Shown: positions 14,575 through 25,699, numbered from the stretch's first letter. The stretch is DNA of 64,000 nucleotides from Tubiluchus corallicola (GCA_030141605.1 JAQGDQ010000915.1:1-64000); one strand, 5' to 3'. A program made the numbers and translations. The notes: a model not told the origin generated them from the letters alone.

Positions 14575-16011
14575 TTAAGATGTAACAGTGTTGCCTAACG
14601 TTGCAGAAAACCACACAGTGACGATAACATAAAAAATTACAACAACATACGAACATGGACTCTCAATTACAAATCCTCTTTCTTGGCATCTTTTCAAAAC
14701 AATTATTGTTGCCGGATTAATTACGTCATAATATTTTGACGTTTTTGGTTCATGGCAACAGCGTGTTTAGGAATACTGTTTAAAACGCTAACGGTTTTAA
14801 CGTTAGTAAAATGAAAAGCTTGGATTAGCCAAGTATATTTGATCTCCCTATTGATCTTACTGACAAAGTAAGACCTGCCCACTTCAGTCGGTAAAGGTTT
14901 GATCACACGTTACTAGCGGTAGGCGATCAGGCAACACGGCAAATGCACACCATTACTGGCTAAAGCAGCAAATGCTTGGGATTGATGTGAACGTTAAATA
15001 TGCATTGACCGTTTCCAACAAGTGCTTCCAGCGCAGACAGTCGTCGTGTAGACGAGCCGGTTTTAAATGACAGAATAGCAACAGGTTTTTTAAAGGTAAT
15101 TTTAAAGCATCAAACTACTTTAATTAAATTTTGCTACGTTTGAAAACGGACTATTTCCCCAAGGCATGAGTTCTCTGTTACTAATCTATAAACTATGTTT
15201 ATGCATAAGACACAAAATTTGCTCTTTTACATTGGTTCCTTAAGTGTGAAATAACTTATGCCTTTTTATGTGATAAACATATCTAGATATGTTAGACCTC
15301 AAGCATCATCCACAGTTGTGTCCTAGCTGTGCCGCCAGCTATGTAGGCCCGACAAGAAGGCATTCGTTTTAATATACACGAAATGTAGAATTTGTGCTCA
15401 CCTTTCATCATCATTACATCAGCATGTTCATCTTCATCTTGTAAACTTTATTGTGCATCGTATTATCTAGTATTATTTTTTTATTAATACTAAAATAATT
15501 GGCTAAAGTCTACTTATTCTTGTGGTTAATGCTGCTTGGTGATTATTGTTGTTTATTGCGTGGCGTGAGAGGTAGCCACGATGGGCATGGCAAACTATCA
15601 AGACTTTATTTAATAAATTACACATTTATTAAACAACAAACACAACACGGTAAATGTAAGAGGATAGTAATGCCAGCCCTCCGTCTTCAAGTCAGTTCCT
15701 AATCTCCTCGAGGTGCGGGTCTCAAAACACTTTTGTCTAACTAGCTAACGCGCCGTGAGCTTCTGCGCATAAGGATTACATCATCAATCTTTACTTCTGA
15801 GTCAGCCGGTCGAACATCAGCTGGTCGCGTGGTGCCACACCTAACAAGGCTTCTATGCACGACGATAGTTTAATCTTGCATCGTCAAGCATTTAATCTTG
15901 AATTATTAATTTAATAATTTAATCACCAATTTAATCAAAATCACTGTTTAACATAGCTTTCCTTTACTTTAATCTTAATTTGTTCTTTCTTGTATAGAAA
16001 TTTGGAATCAA

Positions 16012-16401
16012 ATGAACTATCGCTTATTCCTCTTAGTCTTCATTGCTTTATTTCAAACTTCTCACAGCTGTGCCAAACAAGCTAAAAATGCAGTAGAAGA
16101 GCTGACAAAGAAAAACATAGGAAAATGCAAAACTCATAAAACTGAAGAACCAAATCCCACTAAGGTCTGCCAGGATTGCTCCAGGAGTAGAAGCATACCG
16201 GATAGAGCCAAAGCCACTTACACGAACTGTTGCAGCAACGATGGAAAGTACAAAGAGTGTCTGGGGTACTACAAGAAATATAATGCAGTACGAAGTTCTG
16301 CTAACACGTGTGGATCGCTCAGTATTCCGCTATTGTCCTGCTGTATTCTTATTCTATTACACAATTCTTCATTTTTAGTTCAGCTCATAACAAAACATTA
16401 A
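16012..16401 (+). CDS. Small secreted cysteine-rich protein, probably GPI-anchored (paralogue A), 129 aa
   Basis: ATG ORF with hydrophobic signal peptide (MNYRLFLLVFIALFQTSHS), Cys pattern C-x18-C-x13-CxxC-x16-CC-x8-C, small-residue site (SSAN) then hydrophobic C-tail. Pyrimidine tract and AG at 15996-15997 upstream; AATAAA at 16448 and 16488. Clear paralogue at 20456-20845. Confidence 0.88.
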   Translation: MNYRLFLLVFIALFQTSHSCAKQAKNAVEELTKKNIGKCKTHKTEEPNPTKVCQDCSRSRSIPDRAKATYTNCCSNDGKYKECLGYYKKYNAVRSSANTCGSLSIPLLSCCILILLHNSSFLVQLITKH

Positions 16402-16601
16402 CGCTATTTATAAGTATACCGCTTTAAAGCACTATTATTGTTCAGAAAATAAAGAATTAAAACAAAAATCTTAAAAGATTTGTACAAAATAAACGAGAAG
16501 CTTGCCAGGCTTATCATCTACACATATTAACCAACAATGTTAACGATTTGTCTCTGATTACATTATAGTTGTAAAATTGACATGAAAGATCTCCACATAT
16601 A

Positions 16602-17047
16602 CAGTCGTGGCCAAAAGTTTAAGCCCACCTGTGATTACGACGTGAATTTTGAGCTTTTTTGGTATTCAGTACTGTATAGTCGGCTGGTATTCAATACTGT
16701 AGTCGACTGATTATGTTGGATGGTAATTCTAATGAAAGGTAAGAGGATGAGTGATCAACTGCGCATGCGCATATGTCTCCGACTGGGGGAGGAAGCTACT
16801 GCCGAGAGCGCGTCTAAGACAATTCCCGCAACCGTACTGATGACGTTATCAATGCGATGACGTCATCATCTCGTAAGTCCTGCGCATGCGCAACAAACAT
16901 TTATTTGCAATTTTCAATTACCTTCCTAATGAGCCATCGTGTGTACGAATCGGTCCACCATGAGGGAAAATATATGGTATTGAATACCAAAAAAGCTCAA
17001 AATTCACGTCGTAATCACAGGTCGGCATAAACTTTTGGCCACGACTG
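16602..17047. mobile_element. Tc1/mariner-type MITE
   Basis: About 70-bp TIRs starting CAGTCGTGGCCAAAAGTTT, TA on both flanks; internal palindromes TGCGCATGCGCA (x2) and TGATGACGTCATCA. Confidence 0.92.
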
Positions 17048-17456
17048 TATTTTACAGCAGACCTGTATTTTCTATGCTACATTCAGCAAATCTTATAGGC
17101 GGCAGTAACATAAAAGTTTTTTAATACCTGGAATGAATCTGTATGATATAGATTGCCAGTGTTTGAGATTTTAGAAATTTTGAACTTTTCTCACTGCACA
17201 AGAAAAAACGTTGTACATTTTTGTTTGCACACTACCTTCTTAGCAATTTAGTTTCCTATGGATGTTCTAGATGTGTTAATCCTTCTCAGAAACATAGATC
17301 TTTCCACATAATAGTTGTTTACAGGCATTTTAGTTTACTATAACGAATCCTAAAATAAAATCACACAGATTAGTACAACTGTTCTTAAATCCAATCTTTT
17401 ATCCAGCCTCAAGCATCTTATTTGCTAAGTTTTCTATCAAAAAGTTGTACACTAAT

Positions 17457-18145
17457 AATTACAACCTCATCCAGTTTAACAAGAAGGTATCTCCTGTGAG
17501 AAAATTACAACCTCATCCAGTTTAACAAGAAGGTATCTCCTGTGTGAAAATTACAACCTCATCCAGTTTAACAAGAAGGTATCTCCTGTGTGAAAATTAC
17601 AGCCTCATCCAGTTTAACAAGAAGGTATCTCCTGTGTGATAATTACAGCCTCATCCAGTTTAACAAGAAAGTATCTCCTGTGTGAAAATTACAACCTCAT
17701 CCAGTTTAACAAGAAGGTATCTCCTGTGTGATAATTACAACCTCATCCAGTTTAACAAGAAGGTATCTCCTGTGTGATAATTACAACCTCATCCAGTTTA
17801 ACAAGAAGGTATCTCCTGTGTGATAATTACAACCTCATCCAGTTTAACAAGAAGGTATCTCCTGTGTGATAATTACAACCTCATCCAGTTTAACAAGAAG
17901 GTATCTCCTGTGTGATAATTACAACCTCATCCAGTTTAACAAGAAGGTATCTCCTGTGTGATAATTACAACCTCATCCAGTTTAACAAGAAGGCATCTCC
18001 TGTGTGACAATTACAACCTCATCCAGTTTAACAAGAAGGGATCTCCTGTGTGATAATTACAACCTCATCCAGTTTAACAAGAAGGTATCTCCTGTGTAAA
18101 AATTACAACCTCATCCAGTTTAACAAGAAGGTATCTCCTGTGTAA
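17457..18145. repeat. 46-bp minisatellite, about 15 copies
   Basis: Unit AATTACAACCTCATCCAGTTTAACAAGAAGGTATCTCCTGTGTGAT; no spacers. Confidence 0.97.
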
Positions 18146-19039
18146 ACTATCACCATTTAATTAGTTACAGGAATGTTGTTTGCTGGACACCTACTCTTAT
18201 TTTCATTTCTTTACTGTAGCCCATTACCACGAGAGGCCACTGGCCTTCTTTGGAACAATTAGTTTAAAAAAATGCTTGATAATTTCTGACAAATGCTTGT
18301 GTCCAAAATCCTATGTTTCACACACTTGTAGGAAAGTAACTCGGGTGCAAGTTAATGGGTTGCCGGTATTTTGATGAATCAGACGTGTAATTTTCCGCTT
18401 GTTTTTGGTATTAGTTATACAAGTTTATTTTGGTCTGTTTGCCCCTGATTCTAAAGTTTGCTGTTTCAGTTAGCAAATCCTTGTACTACAAAAAAGTATT
18501 CCTCTTTTCGCAAAACCACCTTTGACCAAACGATGCAAAAGTCTTGTCAAAATTACAATTTAAGATCGCAAATGTTTCACAATTTGCTTCAAAACACTTT
18601 TTTGCATCCCAGTTTTGCTGTGTCAAAGGTCTGACAATTACACACACCAGTTTTTCTTTAAACATGGCAACAAACAACAAATTTTCTATATTATTTGAGC
18701 CCCCCCCCCCCGTGATGTCTAACAAGCTATGAAATCTACTGTCCAGTCTCCAATTGACAATAAGTCCTTCAAATTATTGGTAGGTTAGTAAAACATCCAC
18801 CTTCAATTGGCAAATTTTTCTAGTCAGTTTTATAACCTGCAAGTGCAAGTGCTAGAAGCAAATGCAGTCTTCACAACACGTTTGCTTATAAGTAACATTA
18901 AACTTGCTTACACAGCCAGTTGAACTGTTGGTAGTGTTTGTCACACTCTCTATCAGGTCCGAAAACATGACAAAACAATTACATAATAACTGTGTACATC
19001 AAAAGCTACCTCAAAAAATGGTAATGCCGAAATTGCTTT

Positions 19040-19652
19040 AAAGACAGGATGATTTTTCATATAGTAGCCCCTTTCAAGTCCCATAAAAAGTACACATTTT
19101 AACACAATTAATACTGCAAACGCGTTTCTGATAATAAAATAATAGATTAAAAACTTAATTAACGGCAGGCGAGCCCAACTATTGATGACATCACAAACTA
19201 ACATAATTTTCAACAGCAAAAATATTCCACGAGCGTGTTGCACGTGTTTGCAAAAGCGAAAATTTAAGTACAGTGCTACTGTAAGATAGTCAGTGTGTTG
19301 TACTAAAACAAGACAAGTTTTAAGACAAAAATTCAAATTTCATATTTACCGCTGTGCTTACAGCATGAGCTGTCGAACGTGTGTAGTTCGTCACAAACTA
19401 ACACATCTGAAATGAGAGGTACAGCACCTGATTTTGCGTAATGCATTTCTGAAATGCAGGCTCTAGTGCCCGTTTAACTAGTGAATAGCGAAATGCATGT
19501 AACAGCGAGGAACTACTGCGCGAACGTGAAATTTTGTTGGTCTGGTAATAATTCTTTCACGTAAGTCATTTTTGAAAAAATAGTATGTCTCCTTTCAATA
19601 TTTTAAAGAGTAGATTGTTTTGACCTACAGTTTAAGTGACATAGAGTTTTGC
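19040..19652. mobile_element. Kolobok-type family B copy lying between the two paralogous genes
   Basis: Long co-linear similarity to 29627-30214; ends GTTTTGCT-TTAA. Confidence 0.75.
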
Positions 19653-20455
19653 TTTAATAGAACACGTTATGTATAAGGACCATAATAAAGTTCAATGGGC
19701 AGCACTGAAACACTTTGGAATGTAAACCAAATCTCAATGTGCGTTATTTTAAAGCTGGATTGCGATGATTTTCTTTTAAAGCTGTTTATAAGCGCCAACA
19801 GATTTTTATTATTGGCTAAATATCAGTCTAAGTTTGCAAGATAACTCATTCATCCAACCAAGAAGTGAAGATTTGTTTGATAGCTTTGCAAATGCTTAAC
19901 AATTAATAGTATAACTACGTTCATAGGGCACTACATTAAAGACAACAAATACAAGGCTCTCTTTGAGACTGCGAGACAGTAATCTCCCATGGCAGCATGA
20001 AACACAAAGGATTTTATTTTTTACTGTAACACGCTAATAACACACTGCAATAGAAAATCACTGGCCTGCAATTCAAAATGGCGGCTTGACAAAAACAAAT
20101 GTATGCTAAAAACAGCCCTTGATCAACACACTTTCGAAATGTACGCGTAGTATATAAACTATAGTCGTTGTAGCCTATTTGTCACTGCACCAAATGCATT
20201 GTGGGTAACCAAACCATGCAGTCACATCATGTCGTTTGATGGAATTATTCGAGGCAAACCAATTCTGCCATTACTAAAGTGGGATCATTTTCTTAATAAC
20301 TTGATCAGCAACGCCAGTAAAAGATTTCTAAACATTTTCACAACAAAATGGCTGCTTCTTACATTCAGTTTGTAACTGAAATTACAAACACGTGTCAATT
20401 GTGTATTTTTGATGCACATTTTATTGTTACACGTGCTAGACAGTGATGTGAAGGC

Positions 20456-20845
20456 TTAACACAAGTTGAGGAAAACGGTTAAAAGCACCATTAAGAAAGC
20501 ACGCGAAACTGAACTCCTGAACAAACTTCCTGAAGCTTTTACAGCTCCGGCTGGCTGAAGACTATGTTCATATTTCTCATCATACTTATCACGACAAAGG
20601 TTATAATTGTTCTGATTCTCACAGCATCCCGTATATATACTTATGGTTCTTCTTCCTTTGTCTTTGGAGCAAACATAACATATATCTATGGTCTTTCTGC
20701 CATCTGGCGTCTTCTTCGTGCATCTTCCCATATCTTTGCCCATTAAGATTTCCAGTTCGCGTTTTACTGTACAGCCACTAGAGGGAGCAGATGTTAGCAC
20801 GAGAATGAGGAGCCCAATGAAAGCACATTTTGTATTATATTTCAT
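20456..20845 (-). CDS. Small secreted cysteine-rich protein, probably GPI-anchored (paralogue B), 129 aa
   Basis: Start reassigned to the ATG at 20845, which directly follows a ttgcAG acceptor. Signal peptide (MKYNTKCAFIGLLILVLTSAPSSG), C-x16-C-x13-CxxC-x14-CC-x8-C, small residues (ASGS) then hydrophobic tail AFLMVLLTVFLNLC; AATAAA on minus strand at 20420-20425. Confidence 0.88.
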   Translation of the reverse strand: MKYNTKCAFIGLLILVLTSAPSSGCTVKRELEILMGKDMGRCTKKTPDGRKTIDICYVCSKDKGRRTISIYTGCCENQNNYNLCRDKYDEKYEHSLQPAGAVKASGSLFRSSVSRAFLMVLLTVFLNLC

Positions 20846-20969
20846 CTGCAAATTAAGATTAAATTAAAATAAAATTAAGAATAAAGATTAGACAATTGTA
20901 TGTCTTATAGTGTGCGGGATCGTACGCTGTTAAAGCATACATCTTTTAACATGCTGCAAATGCTGATGG

Positions 20970-21915
20970 GTAAATCTACTATGGTTTATATTGCTTAAAT
21001 TTATTGTGGCAAAGTACTAGGCTGACAAATCACATTGCTTAAAATTACTACGGTCATATTTTGAGTAGGCTGACAGTCATGTTGCTTAAATCTACTACGG
21101 TCATATTTTGAGTAGACTCTCAGTCATGTTGCTTAAATCTGCTACGGTCATATTTTGAGTAGGCTGACAGTCATGTTGCTTAAATCTACTACGGTCATAT
21201 TTTGAGTATGCTGACAGTCATGTTGCTTAAATCTACTACGGTAATATTTTGAGTAGACTGACAGTCATGTTGCTTAAATCTACTACGGTCATATTTTGAG
21301 TAGACTGACAGTCATGTTGCTTAAATCTACTACGGTAATATTTTGAGTAGACTGACAGTCATGTTGCTTAAATCTACTACGGTCATATTTTGAGTAGACT
21401 GACAGTCATGTTGCTCAAATCTACTACGGTCATATTTTGAGTAGACTGACAGTCATGTTGCTTAAATCTACTACGGTAATATTTTGAGTAGACTGACAGT
21501 CATGTTGCTCAAATCTACTACGGTCATATTTTGAGTAGACTGACAGTCATGTTGCTTAAATCTACTACGGTCATATTTTGAGTAGACTGACAGTCATGTT
21601 GCTTAAATCTACTATGGCAATGTTCTTGTGTAGGTTGACAGTCATATTGCTTAAATATGCCGTGGCAATGTACTTGAATTGGCTGACAAATCACATTGCT
21701 TACATCTACTACGGTCATATTTTGAGTATGCTGACAGCCATGTTGCTTAAATCTACTATGGCAATGTTCTTGAATAGACTGACAGTTATACTATGTAGTC
21801 ATACAGGCTTAAATCTACTAAGGCAATGTACTTGAATAGACTGACAATTATACTATGTAGTCATACAGGCTTACATCTACTAAGGCAATGTACTTGTGCA
21901 GGCTGGGCAGTCATA
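20970..21915. repeat. 47-bp minisatellite with diverged edge units
   Basis: Unit ACTGACAGTCATGTTGCTTAAATCTACTACGGTCATATTTTGAGTAG; related units occur inverted at 25780-25987. Confidence 0.95.
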
Positions 21916-22800
21916 ACGTGCAGTGAGAAATGCTTTACCTACAGTCAAGTCGTTATACACGTACACTGTAATTTCGATTTACTTAACTTAGATTATTGTG
22001 ATGGACCTGAAATGAAAGATAATTACCTAAAATCAGACTGTAAACCAGTAAGTGTGTTTATAAATCATGTTAGAATGTACGTACTTTCTAAACGCGAGAA
22101 ACAGGCGACCATAGTGTGCCACATGGAACGGTAGAGAAGTAGTATTCTTGGAGTCACCTATCCACTTACTTACCAAGCTCAGCGTTGTTTAGTTTCGAAC
22201 GCTGGGTCGATGCTGATACACTCCCTGAATATTAAGCTATTCTCTATTTTCACGAAATTTGTACAAAGAAATAAAAAATGAACGACTAATATGCATTAAA
22301 AAACTTTTGTACAAACATGACTTAGATGTGAAATCTATTAAACAAATCTCGTTAGATTGGCAGGCAAACTGCTATAAGAGGTGCCATAACCAAGAGAAGT
22401 GAATGAATAGAACAAGAACTAAATTTTCATTAAAATTTCTTTCATCGATTTTCCTGACCAAATACGCGCCCAGAGCCTAGTGAGGTGTTTTGCATAAAGT
22501 TATAGATCAATTTTAAATTTCTTACTGTGAATTTATACAAATAAAGTCAGTTTCACCTTATATCAGGCTGGCTGTAATTTCTTGTAGTGGTGACTTCATT
22601 GCTCGAGACACGTGCAAGAATGAGAGCAATTAGCCCAGGACTGGATGCTGGAACACACTTCTCTCTGACGTGGTTACTTGGATACCAACTGACGTCATAA
22701 TGATTACACAAAAATCTAAAGCGTCAACAAATTCAAATCGGTGTAGCTGTTTTCAACAATTTCTTACCAAAATAGTTATGGTTGGAACTTGAAAGCTTAA

Positions 22801-23260
22801 CCCTTTCATACCCATTGTATCCCGTGGGATACGAGAATATTTTCTGCCTTTAAAATTAACAAAATTTTAAAACTGACAGTTATTTGATCTGTTAATAGTT
22901 ATTTTGATTTAAGCCAATAACAATAGACTAAAAATGGTGATAAAATGGCAAACTAGAAAATCTACATAGCATAAAAAACTGCGCAAGGTGCAGTACTTTA
23001 GAGACGACTTTGTACAGATCAGCATAGCATGCATACTAAATGTCTTAAATACTTTAAAAAAATTATCAGCAGTTGCAAAATGAAGCACATTTTATGCTTC
23101 CATTGAATCCCAATGTATCCCGTGGGATACAGGCTATATTTAGCACGCGGGCACAGGTAGAAAAAAATAATTATTATGTGTGAACAAGATGGACATACTG
23201 AACAAAACTACCAAATCAAAAAAAAAATTCTTATTAAAAAATAATTTGGGACTGAAAGGG
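22801..23260. mobile_element. piggyBac-type MITE
   Basis: TTAA on both sides; TIR CCCTTTCATACCCA / TGGGACTGAAAGGG; internal palindrome GTATCCCGTGGGATAC present twice. Confidence 0.88.
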
Positions 23261-23488
23261 TTAACACTGAAAATGTAGAAACAGTGACGAAATCACGCCT
23301 AGAACTACAACAACGCCACCCAATATTGTTCCGAAGTTTGTCAGCATTGTCATGAAATTACGATAACTATTACTGAAATGTTGTTGTCGGCGTCACTGTC
23401 GCCGTCGTTATCGTCGTCGTCGTCATCATCGTTGTTGCTGTTTCATTTTTTTGTTGTAACATTCTTGCATTGCTATGTTATCAGTGTC

Positions 23489-23554
<66 letters not shown>
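23489..23554. repeat. (AAT)n microsatellite
   Basis: Directly visible. Confidence 0.97.
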
Positions 23555-23828
23555 TTACCAAAATTGTATTTCTTATTACTATCTTCAATTCTTTATCTAT
23601 GTTTCGTTATCTGCCTGTTTTAAGTTAACAGATCGCGACTAAAAAGAATTTTAGAAATCTTCATGCATCCAGGGACATGATTTTGTTCACCTCTGTTCTA
23701 CTGGTTGTTGAATAGCTATTTCTTCACTGGACAACCATCAGCTAGTTTTATTTTCCTTGCCCATTTTAGAAGAATAACTCGATACTCGTTACCATGGAAT
23801 TACTCTGCATCATCATCTCCTGAAAGTG

Positions 23829-24030
23829 CGTCATGACACATTGCGTCATTCATATGACGATAACAATTCGTTGCCATAGCAACGATTGTTTTTCGTTCTT
23901 GACACATTACGTCATTCATATGACGATAACAATTCGTTGCCATAGCAACGATTGTTTTTCGTTCTTGACGCATTACGTCATTCATATGACAATAACAATT
24001 CGTTGCCATGGCAACGATTGTTCTTCGATC
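23829..24030. promoter_or_regulatory. 66-bp tandem repeat (x3), each unit with an RFX X-box palindrome
   Basis: GTTGCCATAGCAAC at 23870 and 23936; GTTGCCATGGCAAC at 24002. Motif match is direct, function is inferred. Confidence 0.55.
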
Positions 24031-24039
24031 TTGCAACTG

Positions 24040-24935
24040 ACCTAATAGATGTCAGTCTTTGTTCAGCCTCATTTCTTTCTTTGCTTTCGATGCGAGAAAG
24101 GCGTTATTATTTGCAGCCTGTAGTGCGTTCTTTAGTGGACTATTATGGGCTGTTTTGATTTTTTATGCAACCGCGAGCGCCGTGAGGACCGTGAGGACCA
24201 ACCGGTGCCTAGATGCTGGAGGATCCGGACCATATGGTCTAGGGCCCGGGGGCAAGTCGCTCCTATGCCCTCAGTCCATTCGTCTTCTGGGACCTCCACG
24301 CGTTGTAGTGGTGAGGGAGAGTCTTCCGGGACAACCGTGGGGGCGGTTCGTCTTGGAAGCTCGAGTAGTATGGTGCCTAGACGCTGGAGGATCTGGACCA
24401 TATGGTCTAGGGCCCAGGGGCAAGTCGCTCCTATGCCCTCAGTCCATTCGTCTTCTGGGACCTCCACGCATTGTAGTAGTGAGGAAGAGTCTTCCGGGAC
24501 AACCGTGGGAGCGGTTCGTCTTGGAAGCTCGAGTAGCATGGGTCTCCCTCTGGTTGAGTGCTGAATGTCATTCTTAAGTACCAACCTTACAGTACTATGC
24601 TCTCACATCTGGGCTCTGGTCAGGACAGCCACTATTGGACTGTCAGAGCCCCGTAAGGTGCCTCGGGGGGGGGGGCTGGCTCGCGGTAGTGCGTGCACTA
24701 CAGGGGTGTGTGATGCGTTAGGCGTAATTGCCTACTAAAGCTAACTGTAGACGAACAGTTGGCACACAGCCTCTCCACACCCAAGACTCCTGCGTAACCT
24801 CCACGAGGTGCGAGCTGGTAACTGCCCCATTACAGGAGCAGGCTAATCAGCAGGGGATCTCGGAGCAGTATGGAGCCCCAGAGGTGCAGTGCTGAAAGGC
24901 ACTCACCATTCCATACCCCAACTATGGGTTAAATA
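24040..24935. mobile_element. GC-rich non-LTR retrotransposon UTR-like remnant (RTE-like) hosting the ribozyme, with an internal 168-bp tandem duplication
   Basis: Sharp GC rise; duplicate copies at about 24204-24371 and 24372-24540; several hairpins; GGAGCCCC(AG/GA)AGG motif shared with the SINE body near 61590-61605. Orientation uncertain. Confidence 0.5.
24678..24856 (+). ncRNA. HDV-like self-cleaving ribozyme with extended J1/2
   Basis: P1 GGCTCGC (24678-84)/GCGAGCT (24810-16) with G1.U wobble; P3 ACC/GGT closing L3 TCCACGA; P1.1 GG 24817-18; P4 CTGCCCC/GGAGCAG; J4/2 GCTAA (catalytic-C position 24843); P2 CTCCTGCGTA/TCAGCAGGGG with 2 mismatches. Confidence 0.8.
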
Positions 24936-25699
24936 GCATAATATATTTCAGAGCAGATCTACATGTACTTAAAAACAGAAGTTTTTTTGTACTTTCTCTC
25001 ATTATAGTGGAAATTAAGTTCAATAAAAAGTTAACAGGTTAATTGTATTGTTTACTGTTTTTTATTGTTTGATTTTTGTATGTATAGTAGATTAAACGCT
25101 TTTAATTGTTTGCAATATTTATGCAGAAAATCGACTTTAAATGAAATTTGTCTTGTCTTACTATATTTTATCTTACGCTTCTCCTCTCCTCTCCTCTCTC
25201 CTCTCCTTTCCTCTCCCCATGCTCTTTATTATTGTAACAAATTATTATTATTGTAATTTTTGTTTTTGTGTAAGTTTGTGTGATTTGTTTGTATTGATTT
25301 TTCTTTTTATATAATGTTGAATGTTGTAAATACGTCACTTATAATATGAGCTTCAGTTTGAAATAAAGGATTAAATCAAATTAAATCAAATCCTTTCCGC
25401 TCCTCTCTTGTTTCGCCTCTTTCGTCTAGCACATCTTCTGATCTTACGTTAATTTTAATGCTAATGAACATGGAAAATGATTTACTTCATAACATTTCCG
25501 TACAAGGCAGTGGTGGATAAGGCACAGGCTTTATTAGTTGCGACCATGAGCCTCCACCAGCTGAGGGGCCTCCAGAGATTACGCAAAGTTAAATTACCGT
25601 GAAATTACTACAGAATGAGAGCAGAATTATGCTGAATTATCTCTTTGAAAAGCGCTCAATTAATTAATATGCCGTAGAATAATACATTATTATTATTTA

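Noticed and set aside
15700-15725. Second HDV-like core (ATC-TCCTCGA-GGT)
   Set aside because: No matching P1 5' strand, no P1.1 GG and no J4/2 found.
15556-15840. Solo LTR, and another at about 42497-42774
   Set aside because: TG...CA-like ends and AATAAA present but no matching TSD; insufficient support.
17457-18145. CRISPR-like array
   Set aside because: 46-bp units are head-to-tail with no unique spacers, there are no cas genes, and the context is eukaryotic.
20846-20851. ORF-track start of paralogue B at 20851 (MQ...)
   Set aside because: TTG start falls within the ttgcAG splice acceptor; the ATG at 20845 is the plausible start.
20970-21915. Second CRISPR-like array or repeat protein
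   Set aside because: Simple 47-bp minisatellite; unit is not a multiple of 3 and has no spacers.
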